A stretch of 64,000 bases of DNA from Candidatus Enterousia sp. (GTDB lineage: Bacteria > Pseudomonadota > Alphaproteobacteria > Rs-D84), in the NCBI GenBank assembly GCA_045616625.1, contig JAZLHA010000014.1, forward strand, positions 23,155 through 87,154, given 5' to 3'. The stretch's first letter is position 1; every line of letters starts with the position of its first letter. The notes under the pieces were generated by a model, which ran no database searches, was not told where the DNA came from, and worked only from the letters and a program-made list of their open reading frames with translations. The position numbers and the translations under genes were made by a program. Of this stretch, positions 26,011 to 35,342 are shown one piece after another.

Positions 26011-29000
26011 ATGGCATATCCATTGACTGATACAAAAGTAAACTTTTCAGAACTAGAACGCACTGTTTTAGAGTTTTGGCGCAATGACGATACCTTCCAC
26101 AAATCATTGAACAAAACTAAACAGGGTCATCCTTTTATGTTTTATGATGGACCGCCGTTTGCCAATGGTTTACCACACTGGGGACACTTGGGTGTATCTG
26201 CTATCAAAGATATGGTATCGCGTTTTCAAACTATGCGCGGACGTTATGTTGTGCGTGAACTGGGCTGGGATTGTCATGGTTTGCCGGCGGAAAATAGTGT
26301 AGAAAAAAAACAAGGACGCAGTGCCAAAGATATTGTTGCAAATGATGGTATAGATGTATTTTGTGACTGGTGCAAGACTGATGTTATGACATATACGCAC
26401 GAATGGTTGCGGTATTTTGAACGCATTGGTCGTTGGGTTGATGGTGGCGATACTTTTGGTTATCGCACAATGGATAAAAAATATATGGAATCTGTAATCT
26501 GGGCATTAAAAACTTTGCATGATAAAGGTTTGTTATACAAAGATTTCAAGGTTAATCCATACGATTGGAAGTTAGGCACTGTATTATCTAATTCAGAGGC
26601 TTCAAGTGAATACCAAGATATTATTGACGATACTGTCACGGTTTGGTTTGAATTAGAAAACGGTGATCGCGCTATTGCATGGACAACAACACCATGGACA
26701 CTACCTGCGAATTCTGCATTGGCGGTAAACCCAACAATGGAATATGTCCGCATAAAGCATAGTGATGGTTGTGTTTATGTTTTGGCAAAATCACGTCTGA
26801 AAGCATACGATAAGGTTTTCGCAGATTCAGAAATTTTGGAAACAATTACTGGTGATAAACTGGTCGGATTAAAATATAGTCCATTGTTTAATTATTATGC
26901 AAATACATCTGATTTATTGTACCAGGTTATACCGGCAGACTATGTTTCTGATTCTGATGGAACAGGCGTTGTTCATATTGCACCTGCGTATGGTAATGAT
27001 GACTATTTAGCCGCCAAGGCAATAAACGCACAATTTCCTGTTATCTTAAATGTTGATGACTATGGTAATTTTGATAATACTGTTGCTGATTGGGCGGGTG
27101 AAAATATATTTGTTGCGAATCCAAAAATCATAGAATACTTAAAAACAAATGGTCGTCTGGTTAAAAAAGATCAACATAAACACAGTTATCCATTTGGCCC
27201 ACGCAGTCATGAGAAACTGATTTATCGCGCGACAGATGCTTGGTATATTGACGTTCCAAAAATTCGCGACCGTTTGGTTGAAATAACCGCGACCGAAACA
27301 ACATGGACATCGGCGGGAAATCGTTTTATGGATTGGATTAAAAATGAATTACCATGGGGAATATCACGAAACCGTTTCTGGGGCGTTCCATTGCCAATTT
27401 GGGAAAAAGATGGTGAATATAAAATCTTTGGTTCTATTGCCGAAATGGAAGACTTCTTTGGTGTAAAAATTGACGATTTACATCGTCCAACACTTGATAA
27501 ATTGACACGCGACGGATGGCACAGAATTAGTGATGTTCTTGATTGTTGGGTTGAAAGTGGTTCTATGCCATTTGCATCCCTGCATTACCCATTTGAAAAC
27601 AAGGAAAAATTCGAACAAACTTTCCCTGCTGATTATATTATAGAGGGTCAAGATCAAACCCGCGGTTGGTTTAACGCGTTGATGGTTATGGCGGTTGCAT
27701 TATTTGATAAACCTGCATTTCGTGTTGTATCTGCAAACGGTATGATTTGTGATGAAAACAAACGCAAGTTTTCTAAATCTCTGCACAACTTTGTTGACCC
27801 AACCGAACAAATAGAAGCGTATGGCGCAGATGCAATTCGTCTGTTTATTTTGGGTAGTAATTTTATGAAGGCCGAACCTGTTGGTGTTGATAAAGAAGGT
27901 AAAGTGTTTAACGAATCAACAAAAACACTTCTTACACCACTTTGGAATGCGTATCATTTCTTTACGCTTTATGCAAATGCTGGAAAAATTACTGCAAAAG
28001 CAACGTACGATTCTGATAATTTACTAGATAAATATATTTTATCAGAATTAAACGAACTTGTTCGCATAACCACAAATTCGTTAAATGAATATAAACCCGA
28101 TATTGCAGTAAAAGAATTCGTTCGATTCTTGGACATATTAAACAACTGGTATATCAGATTAAATCGTGAAAGATTCTGGAACGAAGATCAAACGGCTTTT
28201 GATGTTTTGTACACCGTTATCACAGAATTTACAAAACTGCTTGCACCATTTGCACCGTTTATATCTGAATATATCTATCGCAATTTAACAGGGGATGAAT
28301 CTGTGCACTTGCAATCTTTCCCAGAACACACAGATTCTGATACAGATATTGTTCGCGACATGCGCACAATACAGGCAATTGTTTCAACCGGCAAACAACT
28401 GCGCGAACAATACAAACTGCGCAACAGATTGCCACTTAACAAAATTACAATCGCGGGTCCAGATATTCATGCGTATAGCGACATTTTAAAGAATGAACTT
28501 AACGTAAAACAGATTGAATTTATATCTGATGTTGCATCTGTCGCGGATAGTTTTGTTTATCTGATTACACCAAAAATTGGTGCGCGCTTAGGGGGCGCAT
28601 TAAAAGACATTATACCAATGGTAAAACAGGGCAAATATAGTATCTCTGGCGATACTTTGGTTGTTGGTGAATATACATTAAATTCAGACGAATTTGAACA
28701 AAGACTAACTATTAAATCTGGCATAACCGGTGCGGCATTACCAGACAGCACCGCTGTTGTTGTGTTAGACACAAACATAACACACGATTTGGAAATAGAG
28801 GGTTTAGCCAATGATGCACTGCGCTTTATCCAAGATTCGCGCAAGGCGGCAAATTTAGATGTTTCTGATCGTATTAAATTGACTTATTCTGCAACCGGTG
28901 ATTTATCGGATGCGTTGAGTGCACACAAGGACCGTATAATGTCTGATGCTTTGATTTTGGAAATGAATACGGGGGATGTCGCACAATTTGAAACCGAAAT

Positions 29001-29040
29001 AGAAGGCAACAAATTTGCAATAGAAATAAAAAAACTATAA
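26011..29040 (+). CDS. ileS: Isoleucine--tRNA ligase, type 2 (eukaryote-like)
   Basis: FYDGPPFANGLPHWGHL (HIGH region), KFSKS (KMSKS), 1009 aa, and no C-terminal Zn-finger of the type 1 enzyme. Confidence 0.9.
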   Translation: MAYPLTDTKVNFSELERTVLEFWRNDDTFHKSLNKTKQGHPFMFYDGPPFANGLPHWGHLGVSAIKDMVSRFQTMRGRYVVRELGWDCHGLPAENSVEKKQGRSAKDIVANDGIDVFCDWCKTDVMTYTHEWLRYFERIGRWVDGGDTFGYRTMDKKYMESVIWALKTLHDKGLLYKDFKVNPYDWKLGTVLSNSEASSEYQDIIDDTVTVWFELENGDRAIAWTTTPWTLPANSALAVNPTMEYVRIKHSDGCVYVLAKSRLKAYDKVFADSEILETITGDKLVGLKYSPLFNYYANTSDLLYQVIPADYVSDSDGTGVVHIAPAYGNDDYLAAKAINAQFPVILNVDDYGNFDNTVADWAGENIFVANPKIIEYLKTNGRLVKKDQHKHSYPFGPRSHEKLIYRATDAWYIDVPKIRDRLVEITATETTWTSAGNRFMDWIKNELPWGISRNRFWGVPLPIWEKDGEYKIFGSIAEMEDFFGVKIDDLHRPTLDKLTRDGWHRISDVLDCWVESGSMPFASLHYPFENKEKFEQTFPADYIIEGQDQTRGWFNALMVMAVALFDKPAFRVVSANGMICDENKRKFSKSLHNFVDPTEQIEAYGADAIRLFILGSNFMKAEPVGVDKEGKVFNESTKTLLTPLWNAYHFFTLYANAGKITAKATYDSDNLLDKYILSELNELVRITTNSLNEYKPDIAVKEFVRFLDILNNWYIRLNRERFWNEDQTAFDVLYTVITEFTKLLAPFAPFISEYIYRNLTGDESVHLQSFPEHTDSDTDIVRDMRTIQAIVSTGKQLREQYKLRNRLPLNKITIAGPDIHAYSDILKNELNVKQIEFISDVASVADSFVYLITPKIGARLGGALKDIIPMVKQGKYSISGDTLVVGEYTLNSDEFEQRLTIKSGITGAALPDSTAVVVLDTNITHDLEIEGLANDALRFIQDSRKAANLDVSDRIKLTYSATGDLSDALSAHKDRIMSDALILEMNTGDVAQFETEIEGNKFAIEIKKL

Positions 29041-29053
29041 AAAGGAGAAAAGT

Positions 29054-29335
29054 ATGAATAAAAAACTACTTATTATAGCATCAACAATTATTGTTGGTTT
29101 GGGTATTTTATTTGTTATATACAAGAAAGCAACTAGTTTCAAATATGAATTAACTACATCTGCCACATGTGCTGTGGACAAGAAAAATGGTGCAATAATT
29201 AATTGTGAATGTGACGTTATTGTTAACAACCAACAATACAAAGCAAATAATGCCATAAATGTTGAATCTTGTGATAATCACGCAGAAATTTGTAAAGATT
29301 TGTGTGAAACACATGTTAAAGATTTGGATAAATAA
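29054..29335 (+). CDS. Small membrane-anchored Cys-rich hypothetical protein
   Basis: One TM helix and 6 Cys. It is tightly packed between ileS and nth, and its stop overlaps the nth start. Confidence 0.5.
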   Translation: MNKKLLIIASTIIVGLGILFVIYKKATSFKYELTTSATCAVDKKNGAIINCECDVIVNNQQYKANNAINVESCDNHAEICKDLCETHVKDLDK

Positions 29336-29991
29336 TGATAACACCGGATATTTATTTTAGGGAAGTGCCAAAAACACTGAATATGAATATCCGGTCTGAG
29401 TTATATTCAACAAACGAATTTACTTTTGCGGTTGCGGTTATTCTGTCAGCCCAGGCGACTGATAAAAAAGTAAACGAGGTTACCCCAAAACTTTTTGAAA
29501 CAGCAGATACTCCAGAGGCGATGTTATCGCTGGGGTTAGATGAATTAAAAAAACATATTTGCGTTATTTCTTTCTTTAATAACAAGGCGAAAAACATTAT
29601 CGCATTATCCGAAAAATTACTTGGTGTGTGTAAAAATAAAAATTGGAAATTTCCAAACAAATATCATAATCGTGATGAACTGATGGCATTACCGGGCATT
29701 GGACAAAAGACCGCAAATGTTGTTTCTAATGTTTTATGGGGCGCATTAAATATCGGTGTGGACACGCATGTATTCAGGCTGGCGCACAGATTCGGTTGGG
29801 CAACACAATCCGACAACACCCCCGAACGCGTAGAAGAAAAATTATTAAAAATAATTCCACAAAAATATCATGAAATGGTAAATCATGTTATGGTTCTGCA
29901 TGGGCGATATACTTGCACAGCACTTCGTCCAAAATGCGAAAACTGTCCGGTTGCACAATGGTGTGTGGCAATCGACAAAAAACCGGCATAA
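29335..29991 (+). CDS. nth: Endonuclease III
   Basis: HhH motif LPGIGQKTANVV, VDTHVFR, and the 4Fe-4S loop CTALRPKCENCPVAQWC. Confidence 0.9.
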   Translation: MITPDIYFREVPKTLNMNIRSELYSTNEFTFAVAVILSAQATDKKVNEVTPKLFETADTPEAMLSLGLDELKKHICVISFFNNKAKNIIALSEKLLGVCKNKNWKFPNKYHNRDELMALPGIGQKTANVVSNVLWGALNIGVDTHVFRLAHRFGWATQSDNTPERVEEKLLKIIPQKYHEMVNHVMVLHGRYTCTALRPKCENCPVAQWCVAIDKKPA

Positions 29992-30006
29992 CGCCGGATT
30001 TTTTAT
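29983..30006. terminator. Bidirectional terminator between the convergent nth and pheT genes
   Basis: CCGGC-ataac-GCCGG, flanked by an A-run upstream and a T-run downstream. Confidence 0.6.
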
Positions 30007-32312
30007 TTATCCCTGATTTGCGCAGGACATTTTTTTTGAACATTTGCAATTACAGAATCTTGAATTTTTAACAATTCACTATCCGACATATTTTCAGTTG
30101 GATAAATTGTAATTGTAAACGCAATTGATTTCTTATCGTCACCCATATCAAACGCATCAAAAATCGTTGCGCTATCTATACGCAAATCAGCAGAAATCGC
30201 CGCCACTATTATTTTATCGACTGCAAAGTCTTTATCTGTGATAAACGCAAAGTCACGCGTGATTGGTTGAAATTCTGTCATTGGAATTTTTTTAGATTTC
30301 GGACACGCGGGCAAATTATCAACATTACCAACAAGCCCAATAACAACCGGCATTTTGAAATGCATCGCGTGTGCAACGGTTGGATGTAATTCACCAAATT
30401 CAGCAATTACCTTTTTTCCCTGAACAATTCGTCCATATTTATATGGGTGCACCCAACGTGGTGCATTATCCGTTTCAATTGTATATTTCTGTGCACCGAG
30501 TAATGACACCAAATCAGCCTTTATATCAAACACATCAACATTACGACTGCGACCCATCCAATGTTTTGGACCAGTTGCACCGGTACGAACTATACAAACC
30601 TCTGTTCTTTGTTCGTTTGGCATATCGCCATCAAATGCAACACCCAATTCAAACATATTGTTATCAGCAAACCCATGTTTAACATTGTTTGATATGGCAA
30701 TCAGCAAATTACCCAACAAACCACCGCGCACAGTATCTAAATCAACCGTTATAGGATTTGCCAATTTAATAGATGGCCTGTCCAGAATCAAACTTTCTAT
30801 CTTGGAATTACCAAAACCAAATGATATATTTTCGTTCAGACCACGATTCGCCAAATGCTGTTTAATACCGAAATACAAATCATTATGTTTCGCCGGTTCG
30901 CCATAAATATGTTTATCAATTGGCATATTGTTATAACCATAAATGCGCATTAAATCAGAAACTATATTTTCGGATGCCACCATATCAACACGCGCAGATG
31001 TTGGTGTAACCAGCCAAGTTTTATTTTTATCATCTATATTGAAATGCAAAGCCTTTAATATAGATAATTGTTTTGTTGCGTCTAATTCAATGCCTGTTTT
31101 TTTAGAAAATGTTTCTGGATTATATTTAATTGGCGAAACCCCAAAATGTTCACGCCCAGCAACGACCGTTCCAACAATTTTACCACCACATGTATCCATT
31201 ATAATTTGTGCCGCATATGATAGGGCGGGTGCATACGCATTTGGATTGATTCCGCGTTCATATCTGTATGACGAATCAGTAGACAACCCTAAACGCTTTG
31301 ATGTTTTACGAATTCCAACCGGTTCAAAATAAGCAGATTCCAAAACAATGTTTGTTGTTTCATCTGATGTCATCGCACGCGCACCACCAACAATACCCGC
31401 CAACGCCAATATACCAGCATCGTCTGCAATAACTAAATCTTTATCACATAATTCATGTTCTGTACCAAATAAATCAGTAAACTTTTCACCATTTTTTGCC
31501 ACGCGAACGGTTATATCGCCAACCAATTTATCGGCATCAAAACAATGCATAGGTTGCGCCATATCATAACAAACATAATTTGTTGCATCGATTGCAGCAT
31601 TTTTCGGATTTATACCCGCCGCAGACAATCGCGCCGCAATTACATCATTTGATTTAACATTTTTTATGTCGTGAATTTCGCAAAAACTATATGTTGGGCA
31701 TCTATCAGTTGCAATTAAATTTACTTTACGTTCCCCTTTAACCGACTTTAACGATTTGATATCTTTTGCAATATATTTACCCGCACCCGCGGCCGCCAAA
31801 TCCAGCGCAATTCCGCGTACTGCTAAATAATCAGGACGATTTGGTGTAATGCCTGTATCAAATACAACCGCATTGTTGGCCGTCTTTATTTCAGACCCAA
31901 TTTTTGTTTTTGAATCCAGTTCCATAATACCACTATGGTCGGACCCCAGACCCAGCTCTTTTTCACTGCACATCATACCATCAGATGCAACCCCACGTAA
32001 TTTTCCAGATTGAATTATTGTATCCCCAATTTTGCAACCGGGACGCGCCAAAACCGAAATTAAACCCGTACGCGCATTTGGTGCACCACATACAACCTGG
32101 CGCAACACTCCCGTTCCATCATCAACCTTTAACACATGCAGGTGGTCAGAATTTTCATGTGGCTTGCATTCCACAATTTTTGCAGCAATCGGTGGCAGGG
32201 GTGATATAAAATCTTCCACTTCCAGACCAATACGGTTTAATGTTGCCTCTATTTCTTTTGGGGACAACGTTGTTTCTAAATATTCACACAACCAATCATA
32301 AGTCCATTTCAT
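30003..32312 (-). CDS. pheT: Phenylalanine--tRNA ligase beta subunit
   Basis: N-terminal tRNA-binding domain (..HPNADKL-like HENSDHLHVLKVDDG..VCGAPN), B3/4 and B5 domains, 769 aa, located downstream of pheS. Confidence 0.95.
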   Translation of the reverse strand: MKWTYDWLCEYLETTLSPKEIEATLNRIGLEVEDFISPLPPIAAKIVECKPHENSDHLHVLKVDDGTGVLRQVVCGAPNARTGLISVLARPGCKIGDTIIQSGKLRGVASDGMMCSEKELGLGSDHSGIMELDSKTKIGSEIKTANNAVVFDTGITPNRPDYLAVRGIALDLAAAGAGKYIAKDIKSLKSVKGERKVNLIATDRCPTYSFCEIHDIKNVKSNDVIAARLSAAGINPKNAAIDATNYVCYDMAQPMHCFDADKLVGDITVRVAKNGEKFTDLFGTEHELCDKDLVIADDAGILALAGIVGGARAMTSDETTNIVLESAYFEPVGIRKTSKRLGLSTDSSYRYERGINPNAYAPALSYAAQIIMDTCGGKIVGTVVAGREHFGVSPIKYNPETFSKKTGIELDATKQLSILKALHFNIDDKNKTWLVTPTSARVDMVASENIVSDLMRIYGYNNMPIDKHIYGEPAKHNDLYFGIKQHLANRGLNENISFGFGNSKIESLILDRPSIKLANPITVDLDTVRGGLLGNLLIAISNNVKHGFADNNMFELGVAFDGDMPNEQRTEVCIVRTGATGPKHWMGRSRNVDVFDIKADLVSLLGAQKYTIETDNAPRWVHPYKYGRIVQGKKVIAEFGELHPTVAHAMHFKMPVVIGLVGNVDNLPACPKSKKIPMTEFQPITRDFAFITDKDFAVDKIIVAAISADLRIDSATIFDAFDMGDDKKSIAFTITIYPTENMSDSELLKIQDSVIANVQKKCPAQIRDK

Positions 32313-32325
32313 TTTATATCCTTTA

Positions 32326-33270
32326 TTAAAATCCCGTATTTTTTAACCAACGAATGTCGCCACTATACAAATCGCGCAAGTCTGGTAAATTATATTTCAG
32401 CATTGCCAATCTATCCATACCAAAACCAAACGCAAAACCTTGATATTCATCTGGGTCAATTTTGCAATTTTTTAATACATTTGGGTGCACCATACCGGCA
32501 CCGGCAATTTCCAACCATTTACCATTATTCCATTTAATGTCTATCTCTATTGATGGTTCTGTAAATGGAAAGTATGATGGGCGAATACGCATTTCTATAT
32601 CGCGTTCAAAGAATTTTTCTAAAAACGCATGCACCGTAGATAATAAATCTTTCATTGTAATATTTTTATCAACATATAATCCCTCTACCTGACGGAAAGT
32701 TGGGCCATGTGTTGCATCCATTTCTTTACGGTATGTTGGACCAACACCAACCATTTTAATTGGAACGCCTTTTGATTCCATCGCACGAATTTGTATCGCA
32801 CTGGTTTGGGTCCGCATTACATTACCATTTTCAAAAAAGAATGTATCCTGCATATCGCGTGCCGGATGATAAGACGGTGTATTTAACGCAGTAAAGTTAT
32901 GCCAGTCATCTTCAACCTCTGGCCCAATAAATATTTCAAAACCCAACGATTCAAATATAGCTGTTATTTCCATCAACGTATGTGTTAACGGATGAATCGA
33001 ACCTTTGTTTTCAGGCGCACAATCCAATGTCACATCCACAGATTCAGACATCAGACGCTTATTCAATTCTGCCGTTTCTAATTCTGTTTGACGCGTTTTG
33101 AACAATTCACGCAAAATTGCGTTTTCTTTATTCAGCGCAACGCGTTCATCATTACTAAGTGATGCCATTTGTTTCAGGCGCGCCGTCATTGTGCCGTTTT
33201 TACCAAAAGTCGCGGTATATAAAGCCTGTAATTCTGTAATTGAATCTATATTTTTAATTTGTTCCTGCAT
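32326..33270 (-). CDS. pheS: Phenylalanine--tRNA ligase alpha subunit
   Basis: Class II motifs: HPARDMQDTFF, FRQVEG, GFAFGMGMDR-like GFAFGFGMDRL. Confidence 0.95.
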   Translation of the reverse strand: MQEQIKNIDSITELQALYTATFGKNGTMTARLKQMASLSNDERVALNKENAILRELFKTRQTELETAELNKRLMSESVDVTLDCAPENKGSIHPLTHTLMEITAIFESLGFEIFIGPEVEDDWHNFTALNTPSYHPARDMQDTFFFENGNVMRTQTSAIQIRAMESKGVPIKMVGVGPTYRKEMDATHGPTFRQVEGLYVDKNITMKDLLSTVHAFLEKFFERDIEMRIRPSYFPFTEPSIEIDIKWNNGKWLEIAGAGMVHPNVLKNCKIDPDEYQGFAFGFGMDRLAMLKYNLPDLRDLYSGDIRWLKNTGF

Positions 33271-33292
33271 ATCATACCCTTATAAATTAAAT

Positions 33293-33314
33293 AAAGCCGT
33301 CATTCGACGGCTTT
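33293..33314 (-). terminator. Hairpin terminator/attenuator between rplT and pheS
   Basis: AAAGCCGTC-attc-GACGGCTTT (9-bp stem), lying 23 nt upstream of the pheS start. Confidence 0.55.
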
Positions 33315-33348
33315 ATTATTGCAAAACAAAACGAAACCGCCAAGTGTT

Positions 33349-33714
33349 TTATTTATCACCTGCGATAAATCGTTTTGCAGTATCAACTAATTTAACAAAG
33401 TTTGCATCATTGTCGTACGCCATTTGTGCCAAAACCTTGCGGTCCAGATTGACATTGGCCTTTTTCAAACCATTCATGAATTGACTATAGGTCAAACCAT
33501 TGGCGCGTACAGCAGCATTGATACGAACAATCCACAAACCACGAAATTCACGTTTTTTAACACGTCTATCGCGATATGCGTACTGACCCGCTTTTTCTGT
33601 TTTTTCGCGCGCTGCACGATAAGTTGAATGATGACGACCCAAATAACCCTTGGCGCGCGCCAAAATCTTGTTGTGTTTTTGTTTAACAGTTGTGCCTCTT
33701 TTAACTCTTGCCAT
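33349..33714 (-). CDS. rplT: 50S ribosomal protein L20
   Basis: [24 protein letters not shown]. Confidence 0.97.
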   Translation of the reverse strand: MARVKRGTTVKQKHNKILARAKGYLGRHHSTYRAAREKTEKAGQYAYRDRRVKKREFRGLWIVRINAAVRANGLTYSQFMNGLKKANVNLDRKVLAQMAYDNDANFVKLVDTAKRFIAGDK

Positions 33715-33728
33715 AATTTACCCCCTTT

Positions 33729-33932
33729 TTATTTCAAACCATATGGGGCCAGGATTTTAGCCTGAGACACCATGTTTTCATTTAAATACTGTGGCTTTGT
33801 TCCAGCGTTATTAGCACGTTTGGAATGATGCGACAGACATTTGTGGTGAGCATTTCTAGCAACACGGATTTTTCCCGTTGCAGTCATAGACGCACGTTTT
33901 TTCATGTACGACTTTGTTTTTAATTTTGGCAT
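33729..33932 (-). CDS. rpmI: 50S ribosomal protein L35
   Basis: MPKLKTKSYMKKR... and its position upstream of rplT. Confidence 0.95.
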   Translation of the reverse strand: MPKLKTKSYMKKRASMTATGKIRVARNAHHKCLSHHSKRANNAGTKPQYLNENMVSQAKILAPYGLK

Positions 33933-34062
33933 TTTTCAACCTCTTAATTTATGTCCTGATGGCAATGCCATTGCCATTTTAGACGGTTAACGGCTTATAT
34001 TCTGGCAGAATAAAAAGAAAAATCAAGTTTTTATTGAATGTTGATATTTTAATGTTTAAACT

Positions 34063-34890
34063 GTGAATATGATTCAAAAAAGCCTATCTTCTAAAATGCA
34101 AAAATGGATAAAATCATCCCTGACGGCGGCTGTTTTACCGGTATTTTTGATTTATATCATGATTGCAAAACCTGATTATTACCTGATGAATGGGTTGGCA
34201 CATGTTGTTTTGCCGGTGGTACATTGGGTTGGCGACGGTCTAACCTGGCCAATACGTGCAACTGGGCGACTGGTTAAAAACATTGGTGAATTATCCAGCC
34301 TGCGCACTGAAAACGAAATTCTGCGTATTCAATTACAAGAAGCATTAAACGCTAAAAACGAATACGAAATAGCAATCTTAGAAAACAAAAAATTACATAA
34401 CGAGTTGGATTTAGTGCGTTCACAGCCACAAAAAGCCATTATTGCAGATGTTATTTTTGATAACCCGACATTACATCATAATACATTTTTAATAAATCGT
34501 GGTGCGGCCGACAATATAGAACGCGGTGAAGCAGTTGTTTCCACAGATGGTATTTTGGCTGGAATTATAATAGATGTTGCTGATGGTTTTTCCCGCGTTC
34601 GCGGTTTAAACGATACTGATAGCAATATTGCGGTTCGTGTTGTTGGTTCTGATGTTTATGGTTTCCTGCAAGGAAACGGTTCAAAAAGCGCAAAAATCGG
34701 TTTGTTTAGTAAACCAGAATTCAAACCAAATAGTGATACAAAACTTATTACCAGTAATATAAGTGGCGTTTTACCAGGTGGAATTTTTGTTGGAACAATG
34801 AAAAACGAAACGGATGTTGATGTCATAAAACCAAACACTATTTCACGCGTAATGGTATTGAAATACAACGATAAAAATAAATATAAATGA
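34063..34890 (+). CDS. mreC: Rod shape-determining protein MreC
   Basis: TM segment plus coiled coil, then GEAVVSTDGILAGIIIDV...NIAVRV. It sits upstream of mreD-mrdA-rodA. The start could be the GTG at 34063 or the ATG at 34069. Confidence 0.85.
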   Translation: MNMIQKSLSSKMQKWIKSSLTAAVLPVFLIYIMIAKPDYYLMNGLAHVVLPVVHWVGDGLTWPIRATGRLVKNIGELSSLRTENEILRIQLQEALNAKNEYEIAILENKKLHNELDLVRSQPQKAIIADVIFDNPTLHHNTFLINRGAADNIERGEAVVSTDGILAGIIIDVADGFSRVRGLNDTDSNIAVRVVGSDVYGFLQGNGSKSAKIGLFSKPEFKPNSDTKLITSNISGVLPGGIFVGTMKNETDVDVIKPNTISRVMVLKYNDKNKYK

Positions 34891-35342
34891 AACATAAAAT
34901 TATAAATTTTTTAAAGAAAGCGTTTCCTTTTATCGCAGTGATTGTGTTGTGGCGTCTGTCTGGTCGTTTTTGGAATCCTGGCGGAGTACTTGCGATGATT
35001 CCTATTTTTTATTGTTCTTTTGTGAAAAACACTCCGGGCTTTACATTATTTGCGATGCTCTTTTGTTTTTTAATAGATTACAATTTTGATACGAAATTAT
35101 TTTGGACATCACTTTACTGTCTGTTTTATGCAATAAATGGATTCCAGGGTTATCTTGATTTATCTGTGTCAGAATCAAATGCGTTTCAACCATTTTTAAT
35201 CTTTATGGGGGTGGCATTAGTTATTGTATCTTTGCTACATCTAAATTGGACAGTATTGTTTAGAATGTTTTGGATATTTGTATGGTCTGGACTTTTATAT
35301 ATTCCAATAACCCAAACAATCAAAAGGATTTCTTATGATTGA
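34887..35342 (+). CDS. mreD: Rod shape-determining protein MreD (assigned by position)
   Basis: Small polytopic membrane protein, translationally coupled to both mreC and mrdA. Confidence 0.6.
   Translation: MKHKIINFLKKAFPFIAVIVLWRLSGRFWNPGGVLAMIPIFYCSFVKNTPGFTLFAMLFCFLIDYNFDTKLFWTSLYCLFYAINGFQGYLDLSVSESNAFQPFLIFMGVALVIVSLLHLNWTVLFRMFWIFVWSGLLYIPITQTIKRISYD

Noticed and set aside
25872-26114. 80-aa minus-strand ORF
   Set aside because: It overlaps the ileS start and the GC hairpins of the leader. There is no supporting motif.
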